Assembly (NCBI GenBank): GCA_051294375.1
Contig: CM119268.1
Coordinates: 12,096,197-12,125,176, forward strand
DNA: 28,980 nucleotides
Reading direction: 5' to 3'
Source of the DNA: Paraspadella gotoi
Lineage: Eukaryota > Animalia > Chaetognatha
Below are positions 11,707-22,380 of this stretch, piece by piece. Position 1 is the first letter of the stretch. The number at the start of each line of letters is the position of its first letter. The notes below the pieces were generated by a model. That model was not told where the DNA came from and did no database searches. It saw nothing but the letters and a program-made list of their open reading frames with translations. Position numbers and translations under genes: made by a program.

Positions 11707-11820
11707 GTAAGTCGTGAGGTATGTCAATCAAAGATTTAGTTTTTTAAAAACAATATTACCTTTTTCTGGTAAGTTGTTCGATCGGAGAGAAAGAATTCGG
11801 TGTGTCTTCTCTCCAACTCC

Positions 11821-11824
<4 letters not shown>

Positions 11825-11902
<78 letters not shown>
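11825..11902. repeat. Perfect (CT)n microsatellite (same length at 16019-16096)
   Basis: Directly visible; could serve as a polypyrimidine tract. Confidence 0.97.
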
Positions 11903-11904
<2 letters not shown>

Positions 11905-11913
11905 CACTCGCAG

Positions 11914-11991
11914 TCGAAAGGGCGAGCGAAGAACCTTTTTCGATCAAAAGTCGAAAACCGCACCTAGACTCTGGGCAGAAGGCCCTGCCAG
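11914..11991 (+). other. Candidate 78-nt exon (also 16108-16185), with an alternative donor after 12045
   Basis: (CT)n-ccacactcgCAG acceptor; donors CAG|GTAAGG at 11992 and GAG|GTAAGG at 12046. Confidence 0.35.
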
Positions 11992-12573
11992 GTAAGGTTA
12001 TTTCGGGCGGGCTGCTGGATCGAAAGGCAGGATGCAGCAGCTGAGGTAAGGGCGCGGATGGGTACTGCGGAGCGAGAGGAGGAAGAGATGCAGATAGAGA
12101 AGAGGAAAAATAAGGAAGTAAGAAAAAAAAGACGCTCTGACAAAATTAAAATAATATGAAGTATAAATTAATGTTAAATAAAAGATTGTTTAAAATAAAG
12201 AAGAAGGCCCTTAAACTGATGGCACATAATTTTTTGAGGTGATCGGTTTTTTTTTTTAGTCTTAGCGCGAGCAGTGCCCGAAGGAAACACTTTATGCACG
12301 TAATACATTATTTTTTTTAACAAATGAACATGAAATTTGGTTAACAGCGAGGGATTTTAAATTAAAAAAAACAACTATAACGACAACAACGATGATATAA
12401 ACGACCGACGACGACGACGACAACGACAGATAACGACGAGACGACTTGGGCAAAAACTTCATCTGAGATCTTCCACCTTCGCATCTTCGGACCCTCTTTG
12501 ACCCCGATCGCGCGAGACCCTGGCGATGTACACGCCTCGCGTTTCCCCCGTTTCGGCCTCACCAATTTTCACC

Positions 12574-13100
12574 ATGTCGTCTCTAGTCACGAGTTGGCCT
12601 AAACCTGTCCTTACGTCACCGCCTACTTTGGTCTCCACGCGGCGGTCGCCGTTGCCGCATTAGCCAATGGACTGACCTCTCGAATCAATACTAAATCTTA
12701 TTTCTAAGCTATATCAAGAGTTCGTGCAATCCGGGCACCATCCTCACCCTCTTTTTCCTCCTGCTTGATGCTTTCCTTTCCTCAATACTGCCTCACAATC
12801 ACTTCACCCCTCCAAAAAAAAAAACCCGTATCGCTTGGATCCCCTCGACTATTTGTTGACGTTCCCCATTTCTTTCTGTCAACCGGAAGCTTCTTCACGT
12901 TCCAATCAAGATATGACCCTTACTTCCACTTCCTTCTATTCACTCGCGTCCTGTAACTCTGAGAGCCTCGCCCGTCACGGCCTCGATCGCCCATTCCTTA
13001 CCCCGACGAATCCGTGTCCTTCCTCCATTCGCTCATCTCGCAAGAGGTCTCTTTCAATCACATACCTATGTCCCGTTTCTTTCCTGATTAAACGTTGTAA
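12574..13100 (+). CDS. Possible indel-corrupted coding exon of a Ser/Pro/Ala/His-rich protein (copy 2 from 16755)
   Basis: CACCATG start in both copies; C-rich, microsatellite-free sequence. Frame fragments MSSLVTS, YFGLHAAVAVAALANG, LYQEFVQSGHHPHPLFPP, LDPLDY. Frameshifts differ between the copies. Confidence 0.3.
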
Positions 13101-14186
13101 GTGAACGTAGTTACTCTCTCCTTGTTCACTGATCCGAAATTTTCCTCATTATCACAATTACTTACTCTCCATTCAATTCCGGCTCACCAGTCACGCGTTG
13201 CGTTTGTCATGACTTCCCACACTCTTTCTTCCGCCGAGCTTACTTGCTCATCTAGAATTCTTTCATATTTACGACGCTTTAGAACTTGCAAACCCCTCGT
13301 AGTACAACACGTCCGTCAACAGTACGCTCATCCGCTTTCTTCGTTCCTCGCCGTCTGTAACGCTGTCCGTTCATCTATAGCTCTGTCATAAGACTCGATC
13401 GCTCTAGCATGCACTCCAAATTTGTCAGACATCAACAACGGCCCCTTGATTCACTCTAGACCTACTATATTCTCTCCGTCAGCACTGAGAAGTAAGCATA
13501 GCGACCTTGTCCAATCATCTGCGACACTGCGAGTCACAAGATCTTTCTCTCCTAACTCTCTCTACCTCCTCTCCATCTAACAGTTGTGGCTCTCTATATC
13601 TGTACCCTCGACCCGAGAATGCGTCATGGCAGAATGTTGCGTCGCAGTCATCTACCTGCGCGTAGCAGTCTTTCGGTGCCTCTTGGCCGTGCATGAATCG
13701 GAGTCTCGTGCTCTGCGCAGCGTTCAGGAGGGATCGAATTTGCCAGGTTTCTTGAGGAGGGCGCGCGAGTTCCGGCGCGCCGCGGCGTCCGCGACCGGTT
13801 TCGAGATGTTGACGGTCTCTGAGTGCTACTAGATCCGTTTGCACCCGCTCTTCGTGACTGCAGAGGTGGAGTTAAAGGCTCGATTGCCTATTGTGATTAA
13901 CTAATTTGTGTTGTTTTCGTAAGTAATGTAAAAAAAAGAAAGTAAAAGGATCAAACTCTACTGACGATACTATTCGGGTTACTCTTGTTAAACAAAAAGG
14001 TAAAACCTGTTTTTTTGAGTATAAGATCAAGCGATGGAAAAATCTAGAAACAAGATTCCCCACAGAATCGCGGGAGACCGTGTGCGTCTTTTTCCGTTTA
14101 GAAGCCTTTATAAGTTGTTTAATGTCATAAACTACTGTGTTTATGTTATTGAAAAAAGTTAACGGAACCATGAAAAAATTACCAGT

Positions 14187-14658
14187 GAGAGAGAGAGAAA
14201 TGGGATAAAGGGATACAAGAAGGAGCAAAGGAAAAATGGAAATAAACAGAAAAAGATCATTTTGTGGGCAACAAGGGAGAAAAAAAAAGGAAAAGAAAAC
14301 ATGCGATTCAAAATGAGAAGGAAAAGGAAAAGTCAAATAAAAAAAGGAGCTACGGAATGGAAAAAAAAGGAAAAGAAAACTAAAGGGGAAAGAGGAGGAG
14401 AAGGAAGAGGAGGAGGAGGAGGTGGCACGACTCGCGGTTGTAACCAGGAGAGAACCAGGGGCCTCGGGTTCCCCATAAATTAGTTCATGATGACACAAAC
14501 GGAAAAAATGGCCTGGGACCCTAGAAGGGCTGCGAAGCGAGAAAAAAAAAACAGGGTGCGGATGAAACGGGGGTGGTCATGGAGTAGGTGGAGCGGGAGT
14601 TGAAGGAGGTGAATTTGGGTGATCATGGAAAAAGGTGAATGCTCTCGCTGTGACGTTC

Positions 14659-14700
<42 letters not shown>

Positions 14701-16014
14701 GAGAGAGATAGAGAGAGCGTGTTGGGTCAAGCGGCCATTCGAGGCGTAACTTAATTCTTTTTTTTTTCATCGCAAGCTGTTTTTTTTTTGGAGTAAGTTT
14801 TATCTCATGGAAAGGATAACTGTGTCACAACTGTCACATCTTCAAGAGAGAGCAGAGAGAGAGAGCAGAGAGAGAGATGAGAGAGCAGAGAGAGAGAGGA
14901 GAGAGAGAGAGAGAGACGAGAGAGAAAAAAAAAAAGAGAGAGGCAGAGAGAGAGGAAGGAGAGAGAGAGAGGAGAGAGAGAGAGACGAGAGAGAGAGAGA
15001 GAGAGAGAGGAGAAGAGATAAAAAGTGAGGAGTGAGGAGAAAGAGAAAAAGAAAAATTGAAAAAGAAAAAGGAAAAAGAAAAAGAAAAGAAAAAAGAAAA
15101 AGAAAAAGAAAAGAGAAGAGAAAGAGAAAAGAAAGAGAAAAGAGAAAGCCCAGACAATTGCGACCCAAAAAAATGGTGATGGTTATTCTTCGGAACGTTT
15201 ACACCTCTTCGTTGGTCAAGTTCGCCAGCGGACAAAGAGGAACGAGAGAGAGAGAAAGGGACAGCGGGGGCATGGCAGTCGTCTCTGGCGCAAACACGCG
15301 TTTTTGGACTGAAAATGCGCGCCGGCGAGTGAACCGGCGTCGAAGTCGATCCCTTCGAGCCGACGCCGGTTCCAATGGGGGTTCGAAACGCGTTATTGGC
15401 GTTCGCGGCGACGAGAAGAGCGACGACGACGCTAAAGGAATTTTGTTTGAGCGAGTCTCTTCGCTTATAAAACGAAAACTGATTTATAAAAGAAAAAAAG
15501 TGTTCTAATAGGTTATTACTAAGTAAACAAACTGAAGTTTAATTTTAAACTAACGAAATTTTGGACATAATTACGAACGGATTGAATCCTTGGGTCAATC
15601 CACAATATTGACAAGTCCAAAAAAAACCGTCGAATTGGTTACCTCGAGCGGCGACGACGCAATTTGGCTAAATGCAGCGCCACCGCCACCTGCGATTCTT
15701 CGACGAAACCAAGTTGATGGGACGCCGTTCGCCACCGACGGGTAAGTCGCCGACGTCCGGCGTCCAATACTTACCTAACCTCAACTGTACGCGGCCGCGC
15801 TTGAAATTCCTAGAGATGTTCTTTCTCGGAATTAAGTGTCGTCGCGATCTCGAGATAAAGGAAAGAGAGAGCGCTGGACTCTCGCCTTGCATTTCGTTAG
15901 GTAAGTCGTGAGGTATGTCAATCAAAGATTTAGTTTTTTAAAAACAATATTACCTTTTTCTGGTAAGTTGTTCGATCGGAGAGAAAGAATTCGGTGTGTC
16001 TTCTCTCCAACTCC

Positions 16015-16098
<84 letters not shown>

Positions 16099-17518
16099 CA
16101 CTCGCAGTCGAAAGGGCGAGCGAAGAACCTTTTTCGATCAAAAGTCGAAAACCGCACCTAGACTCTGGGCAGAAGGCCCTGCCAGGTAAGGTTATTTCGG
16201 GCGGGCTGCTGGATCGAAAGGCAGGATGCAGCAGCTGCTGAGGTAAGGGCGCGGATGGGTACTGCGGAGCGAGAGGAGGAAGAGATGAGATAGAGAAGAG
16301 GAAAATAAGGAAGTAAAAAAAAAAGACGCTCTGACAAAATTAAAATAATATGAAGTAAAATTAATGTTAAATAAAAGATTGTTAAATAAAGAAGAAGGCC
16401 TAAACTGATGGCACATAATTTTTTGAGTGATCGGTTGTTTTTTTTAGTTTTAGCGCGAGATTGCGAAGGAAACACGTTATGACGTAATACATTATTTTTT
16501 TAACAAATGAACATGAAATTTGGTTAACAGCTGAGGATTTTAAATAAAAAAAAAAAAACTATAACGACAACAACGATGACATAAACGACGACGACGACAA
16601 CGACAACGACAAGATAACGACGAGACGACTTGGCAAAAACTCATCTGAGATCTCTCCACCTTCGCATCTCACGGACCCCTTGACCCCGATCGCGCGAGAC
16701 CCTGGCCGATGTCACGCCTCGCGGTTTCCCCGCCCCTCGGCCTCACCAATCACCATGTCGTCTCTAGTCACGAGTCGCCTTAACCTGTCCCACTCACCCC
16801 TACTTTGGTCTCCACGCGGGGTCGCCTGCCGCATTAGCCAATGGACTGATCTCGAATCAATACTACAAATGCTATTTATAGTATTCGAGTTGTGAACGGA
16901 ACCTCACCCTTTCTTGCTTGATGCTTTCCTTTCCTCAAACTGCCTCACAATCACTCACCCCTCCAAAAAAAAAACCCCGTCGCTTGATCCCCTCGACTAT
17001 TTTGACCGTTCCCCATTTTTCTTTCAACCCGGAATCTTCTCACGTTCCAATCAAGAATGACCTTACTCCACTTTCTATCACTGCGTCCTGTAACTCGAGA
17101 GCCTCGCCCGTCACGGCGATCGCCCAGTCGCTTACCCGACGAATCGTCTTCCATTGTCATTGCAAGAGTCTCTCGATCAACATCGTCTTTATGATAAACG
17201 TGTAAGTTAACTAGTTACTCTCTTGTTCATCTCCGATTTTCCTCATTTAATCCGTAACCATCATTCTTCACCATCAGTTTTTGACCAACACTCTTTTTTT
17301 CAAATTCATTCATTTTCAGTTTTTACCCTGGCCCTCCTTCACATCACTCCGCATTCTCTCTCCCTTCCTTCTAACCTCACTCCAGCATCACCATTTTTTT
17401 CAACATCACACCGCCCCTTTTTCACTCTAGCCTCTTTTTTTCGTCATCACGAGGGAAAGGCATTAGGCGTTGTAATCATCCTCGACTCATCACAAGACCT
17501 TCTCCACTCTCACTCTCT
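14187..17518 (+). repeat. Large direct duplication, copy 2
   Basis: Begins within a GA run (accagtgagagagagagaaatgggataaagg). Similarity decays by indels after 16237 and is still traceable at aatcatc..cgac..tcacaaga (~17473-17500 vs ~13513-13541). Confidence 0.95.
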
Positions 17519-18099
17519 NNNNNNNNNNNNNNNNNNNNNNNNNNNNNNNNNNNNNNNNNNNNNNNNNNNNNNNNNNNNNNNNNNNNNNNNNNNNNNNNNN
17601 NNNNNNNNNNNNNNNNNNNNNNNNNNNNNNNNNNNNNNNNNNNNNNNNNNNNNNNNNNNNNNNNNNNNNNNNNNNNNNNNNNNNNNNNNNNNNNNNNNNN
17701 NNNNNNNNNNNNNNNNNNNNNNNNNNNNNNNNNNNNNNNNNNNNNNNNNNNNNNNNNNNNNNNNNNNNNNNNNNNNNNNNNNNNNNNNNNNNNNNNNNNN
17801 NNNNNNNNNNNNNNNNNGAGAGAGCAGAATCGATGATCTATTGCGTGACCCTCTATTCAATTATTTTAGAATGTTTGCTTTAATTCGTCGAAGCGGACGT
17901 AAGAAAAAAAAGTCAGGTATCTTCACCAGGATTTGAATCGAGATTCCGTTGGATTTATCAATTTAGTACAGAAATTAATTTTTTGAGCGAAGTATTGTTT
18001 TTTATGTCAGACTTTTTGCGACGCTTCCTTCATAAACATACTACCTTAGCTCAATCAACCCTTTCGAAAGTGACAGAAACTTTTCTTTCGTTCACAACC

Positions 18100-18775
18100 A
18101 CCGCCCCGACTTAATTATCCATCTTTCCCACTGACCAATCGATTTCCAGCTTGAGTCGGTGAGAATTTCGGTTCGAGTGAGTCTCTCGAGTGAGTTCGTG
18201 AATTGGTGTGAGCCTCGTGTGAAACGATCCGAGGTGGATTGGTGTAAAAATGGATTAGGAACGGATTCGCGTCGGCGATCAAATGGACCAAATGGACGAA
18301 AGGGGAAACGGACATTCGAAGTGGGAATAGAAGGGAGAGCCTGAGAGGGTCCATATTGCGGGTTCGATTGATGCCGTCGAGACACGAGGCAGGGAGTCTG
18401 GGTTCACGGACGTTTTTCAGTGAAGACTTACGAACGAACAAGCCAAGGAAAATCCACTCGGTCTCAATCAATTTTCCTTTGGACTTAATGGCCGAATCAA
18501 CTTATTGAGTTAGGCCAATCAACTCGAGTTAGCAGTGACCAACAGGAAACTGTGCATTTTCTATGAACAGAAATATGTAAAAGCAAGAAGAAAACGGAAA
18601 AATACTATCTCATGAAAAATTCCGGCCAATCAAACGACGCCAATCGAATCGCCTCAACCGCTAATTGGTCAAACTGGGGATCGAGATCGGAACTCGCTTT
18701 CATCCCGTCGGTCAAAAAATCGGGAGGCAATGAACCTCGGATCGATAGTCAGCTGACCGTCGTATCACGTGACTC
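18100..18775. promoter_or_regulatory. CpG-rich CCAAT/E-box cluster
   Basis: CCAAT or ATTGG at 18135, 18202, 18238, 18515, 18626, 18640, 18664; CCGCCCC at 18101; ATCACGTGAC at 18764-18773. Confidence 0.4.
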
Positions 18776-19383
18776 GGTTAATAATCCACCCTACGTCGAC
18801 ACACGACCCNNNNNNNNNNNNNNNNNNNNNNNNNNNNNNNNNNNNNNNNNNNNNNNNNNNNNNNNNNNNNNNNNNNNNNNNNNNNNNNNNNNNNNNNNNN
18901 NNNNNNNNNNNNNNNNNNNNNNNNNNNNNNNNNNNNNNNNNNNNNNNNNNNNNNNNNNNNNNNNNNNNNNNNNNNNNNNNNNNNNNNNNNNNNNNNNNNN
19001 NNNNNNNNNNNNNNNNNNNNNNNNNNNNNNNNNNNNNNNNNNNNNNNNNNNNNNNNNNNNNNNNNNNNNNNNNNNNNNNNNNNNNNNNNNNAGAGAAATC
19101 GCCAGTCGGGGCAAACAACGAATCGGAGTTGCTACGAGGCGGTTTGATTGCATCGGCCGCGCATTTATAAAGAGATGGGTAGAGTAGGATAGGATTAAAT
19201 TCAGATTAGTTATTCGTCCAGTTATTCTGGGGTCATTTTAAGTTAGATTTAACCGATTTAATATTGTTCGAAGAAAGTTTCAAAATCTGGAATCATTTAC
19301 ATATTCGTCCGGAAGACAGACTGATAGACTATATGACATTTTTAACCTTAAATGTCAAATCAAATTATAGAATTTAATTTTAA

Positions 19384-19920
19384 ATCACGTGACGCGTCCG
19401 AATATCCGCCCCGAAGTCTCTCTCCGAACGGTAATCCCGATTCTTCCAAAGAGCCTCTCTCTCTCTCTCCCTCCTCGTCTCTCTCGCCTCTCTCTCCATA
19501 CCTCTCCCTCCTCCTGGGGGGGAGGGGCGCGGGGGGGTCTGGTGTTCTCCTCCGCGTCTCCCCTTCTCCCCTCCTTAGCTACCTTGCTCCGGTCTCTTCT
19601 GCGGTGGTGTGTCGGGGGTGGGTGGTCTGGGGGGGGTCTCCCCTTCTCTCTCTCTCTTCTCTCTCTCATGCTACTAACTCTCCAAAATTCAAAAGTACGC
19701 CCACATTTTTTTTTATTTTTTAACTCGCCTCTAAAAACACGCGGTCGTCACCCGGATTGGTCCAGAGTGACGTAATCACGATCGCCGATTGGCCGATCGG
19801 TTTTGAGAGTGATTGACGAATCGAGTGACCTTGCCGGCCACGAAGGGGCGGAGTCCGTCGTCCTTATTGGACGCGATGGACGGAATCTCGAACCTTATTG
19901 GTCGGTACCGGCCGCGCGAT
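19384..19920. promoter_or_regulatory. Promoter-like island: E-box, four CCAAT boxes, GC box, CRE-like site
   Basis: ATCACGTGAC 19384-19393; ATTGG at 19756, 19788, 19866, 19897; TGACGTAA 19768-19775; GGGGCGGAGT 19845-19854. Confidence 0.55.
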
Positions 19921-20626
19921 GAGAAAGGAAGATAAGAGAGAAATAGAGAGAGGATATAAGAGAGAGAGAAAGAGAGAAAGAAAGAGAGAGAGAGAGGAGA
20001 CTGGCTCATGTGGCGAAACAGGAATGGCATGACCCCCAGGGTCCACTGGGGGGATCTACAGGGAGAGACGGAGAGAAGAGAGAAAGGGAAAGAGAGAGAG
20101 ACGATCCCCGACTATCGAAGGGCAGGAAGAGGAGAGAGAAGATGAGGAGGAAGAGGAATAGGAAGATAAAGACGAGGTGGTGGACCAGTTGTGGTGGTAG
20201 AGGTGGTGAAGATTGTGGACGAAAGCTAAGAAAGGGTGAAGCAGACTGAATATTTGTCGAATGATAAAAAAAAAGGCTTGGTTAATGAATTTTAAAAGCA
20301 CATCGTACCGTTTTTTTTTTGTATACATATTGTATACATTGTCATACTTTCTTAAATACATATAGGATTACAAGGTGCATCCTTACGATGAGATAAAAAT
20401 TTGAGTTTTATTGCGGCTGGAGTAGAGAGACAAAAAAAGAATTTGAAATCGTTTTATTACTTCGTCTCGTGACTTATCACCGAAACTCGTACAAACCAAT
20501 CATTAAATTTTCGACGTCGTAGAACTTAAAAAAAAAAAATCGTAGTCGAAACTATATCGATTCATGTTGATATGCATATTTAGGAAATTGACTTTTTTCA
20601 TTGCTTTTTTTTTAATATTTTTTTTA

Positions 20627-20628
20627 AT

Positions 20629-20696
<68 letters not shown>

Positions 20697-20790
20697 TTTT
20701 TTTTTCTTTCTTTCTTTCTTTCTTTCTTTTTTTCTTTTTTTCTTTCTTTCTTTCTTTCTTTCTTTTTTTCTTTCTTTCTTTCTTTCTTTC
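20627..20790. repeat. Compound (ATTT)n + (CTTT)n microsatellite
   Basis: Directly visible. Confidence 0.95.
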
Positions 20791-21886
20791 TTGTTCCTAA
20801 ATTTCTTACATTTTTTCGATTTTTCTTTCTTCTTTTTTTTCTGCCCTTTCTTTTCATTTTGCTCTCCCGATTTACGGAATACTAGTTCATCCTCGCTATC
20901 ACAATAATTTTTTTTTCCGATTCGCTCTCTTTCATTTATATTTTCATCCACTTTCCAAAACTATTTATTCCCGTCGCTTCATCAATTTTAAAGAAGAGCC
21001 AATCTTTCTTTCTCCTACTTTCTTTTTTCCGTCTTTTTTTTCTCTCTCTCTCATTTTTTCCCTCCCGCCAAAGTTGTTTCCTCTGGTCCATTATCTCTCT
21101 TGTTTATCAAACTTTGGAAAATCGTCCGGGATGACGTTGGGTCGTCGTTTCCATGCCAGTCTTTAGGGCGTCGTGATTTACCGTGAGCTCGCGTCGCTCG
21201 CGTGGGGCTGGGGAAGATCGATAGAGCAAAAGCTAGGGATGTGTTTGAAGTTCAGGGGGTTACAGGTTTCTTGATTCGTTAGTGAGTCACATACAATCTT
21301 TAAAATAACGCAATGAAACGAATAGAATTTAAAATAATTTACAAAACTTCACATTACATTTCCGACAAAAGGAGCCTCAGGCCCCATGGAAAATTAACAC
21401 TTTTGAAACCCGATCGTCTACAGACGTGGGCGTAACCGTAGGGTAGAAGGCTCGACATCCCGAATACATAACTCCAAAAATAAGTTTACCAAACTGAATT
21501 GGTTCTCGCTACATGAAGTGACACCCGAATGAACCAAGTTTATTCAAACATATGGTGAACAATATATCCTATATATCCTATAACAAGATAATAATTAAAC
21601 GTGAGGTAAAGCCCTACTAATCTTAGCGACGATAAATGCCAATAATTTTTTTAATTAGCTTTGTTGGATGATTTATAGTGTTTTCTGAGATTTCTACGGT
21701 ATGCAAATTAAACTTTGGGTGTCCTAATGCAGAAGGCGTATCAATTTTAAAGATTTTATATTTGAAGTTTATTCTTTCATGAGTTGTAAATTATTCTACT
21801 ACTATTAACCTGTCATTTACACAAATTCGTAATCTAAATAAAAAATACTTGTCTTTTTTCAATGTTGGTATTTCTCCATCTTTCAA

Positions 21887-21889
<3 letters not shown>

Positions 21890-21928
<39 letters not shown>

Positions 21929-21975
21929 TCTCTCTTCTCTCTCTTCTCTCTCTCTCGTCTCCTCTCTCTCTCTCC
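21890..21975. repeat. Imperfect (CT)n microsatellite
   Basis: Directly visible. Confidence 0.9.
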
Positions 21976-22314
21976 CCCTTCTCCCCCCCTCACTCCGCTC
22001 ATCCCTATTTTTTCCCTCCCAACGTCGATGACATGAGGGGCATGAAGAGTCAAATGAATCCAGATACTCCATGGAGGAAAGGAGGAGGAGGAGGAGGAGG
22101 AGGAGGAAGAGGAAAGGAAAAACCGTAAATATCAAGAGGAAGCAGAGGAAGCCATCGCCAGCGGCGCTGCCCAATAGGATTTTCTAAGCATTGGGTGAAT
22201 AATTTAAAACGAGCGTACATTTAAATATTTCATGAATGGCGCGGAATGTATAAACTACAATGAACCCCATGTAAATGTTCTTTATATATCTTTTTTTTTT
22301 TACATTTAGATAAG

Positions 22315-22380
22315 ACTTACCTTTTAAGGCGAATGGAGGAAACGGAAAGGGGAAAGAGGAAAAGAAAGCAAAAAATTAAT
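22315..22380 (-). promoter_or_regulatory. Consensus 5' splice site preceded by a long pyrimidine tract (AG|GTAAGT)
   Basis: Minus strand reads ttaattttttgctttcttttcctctttcccctttccgtttcctccattcgccttaaaAG|GTAAGT. Confidence 0.35.

Larger units (their letters stand above)
9990..13560 (+). repeat. Large direct duplication, copy 1
   Basis: Matches 14187-17518. ORFs repeat at a 4194 offset (10613/14807, 10838/15032, 11478/15672). 10358-12043 appears identical to 14552-16237. Confidence 0.95.

Noticed and set aside
13540-13600. Possible degraded PacBio SMRTbell adapter
   Set aside because: Only generic CT-rich similarity; the flanks are not a clear inverted repeat, and the left flank aligns with copy 2 of the duplication.
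19500-19640. G-run clusters as G-quadruplexes
   Set aside because: The segment looks like low-quality sequence inside a degenerate CT tract, so run lengths are unreliable.
20052-20063. Minus-strand CCCTGTAGATCC, a 12-nt match to miR-10
   Set aside because: Both ends diverge from miR-10 and no precursor hairpin is evident.
21531-21555. Minus-strand CATATGTTTGAATAAACTTGGTT resembling miR-190
   Set aside because: Seed mismatch and no star arm pairing with the 5' part.
21562-21582. ATATCCT repeat as a U12-type (AT-AC) donor
   Set aside because: It reads ATATCCTA rather than ATATCCTT and is a simple 9-bp tandem duplication.
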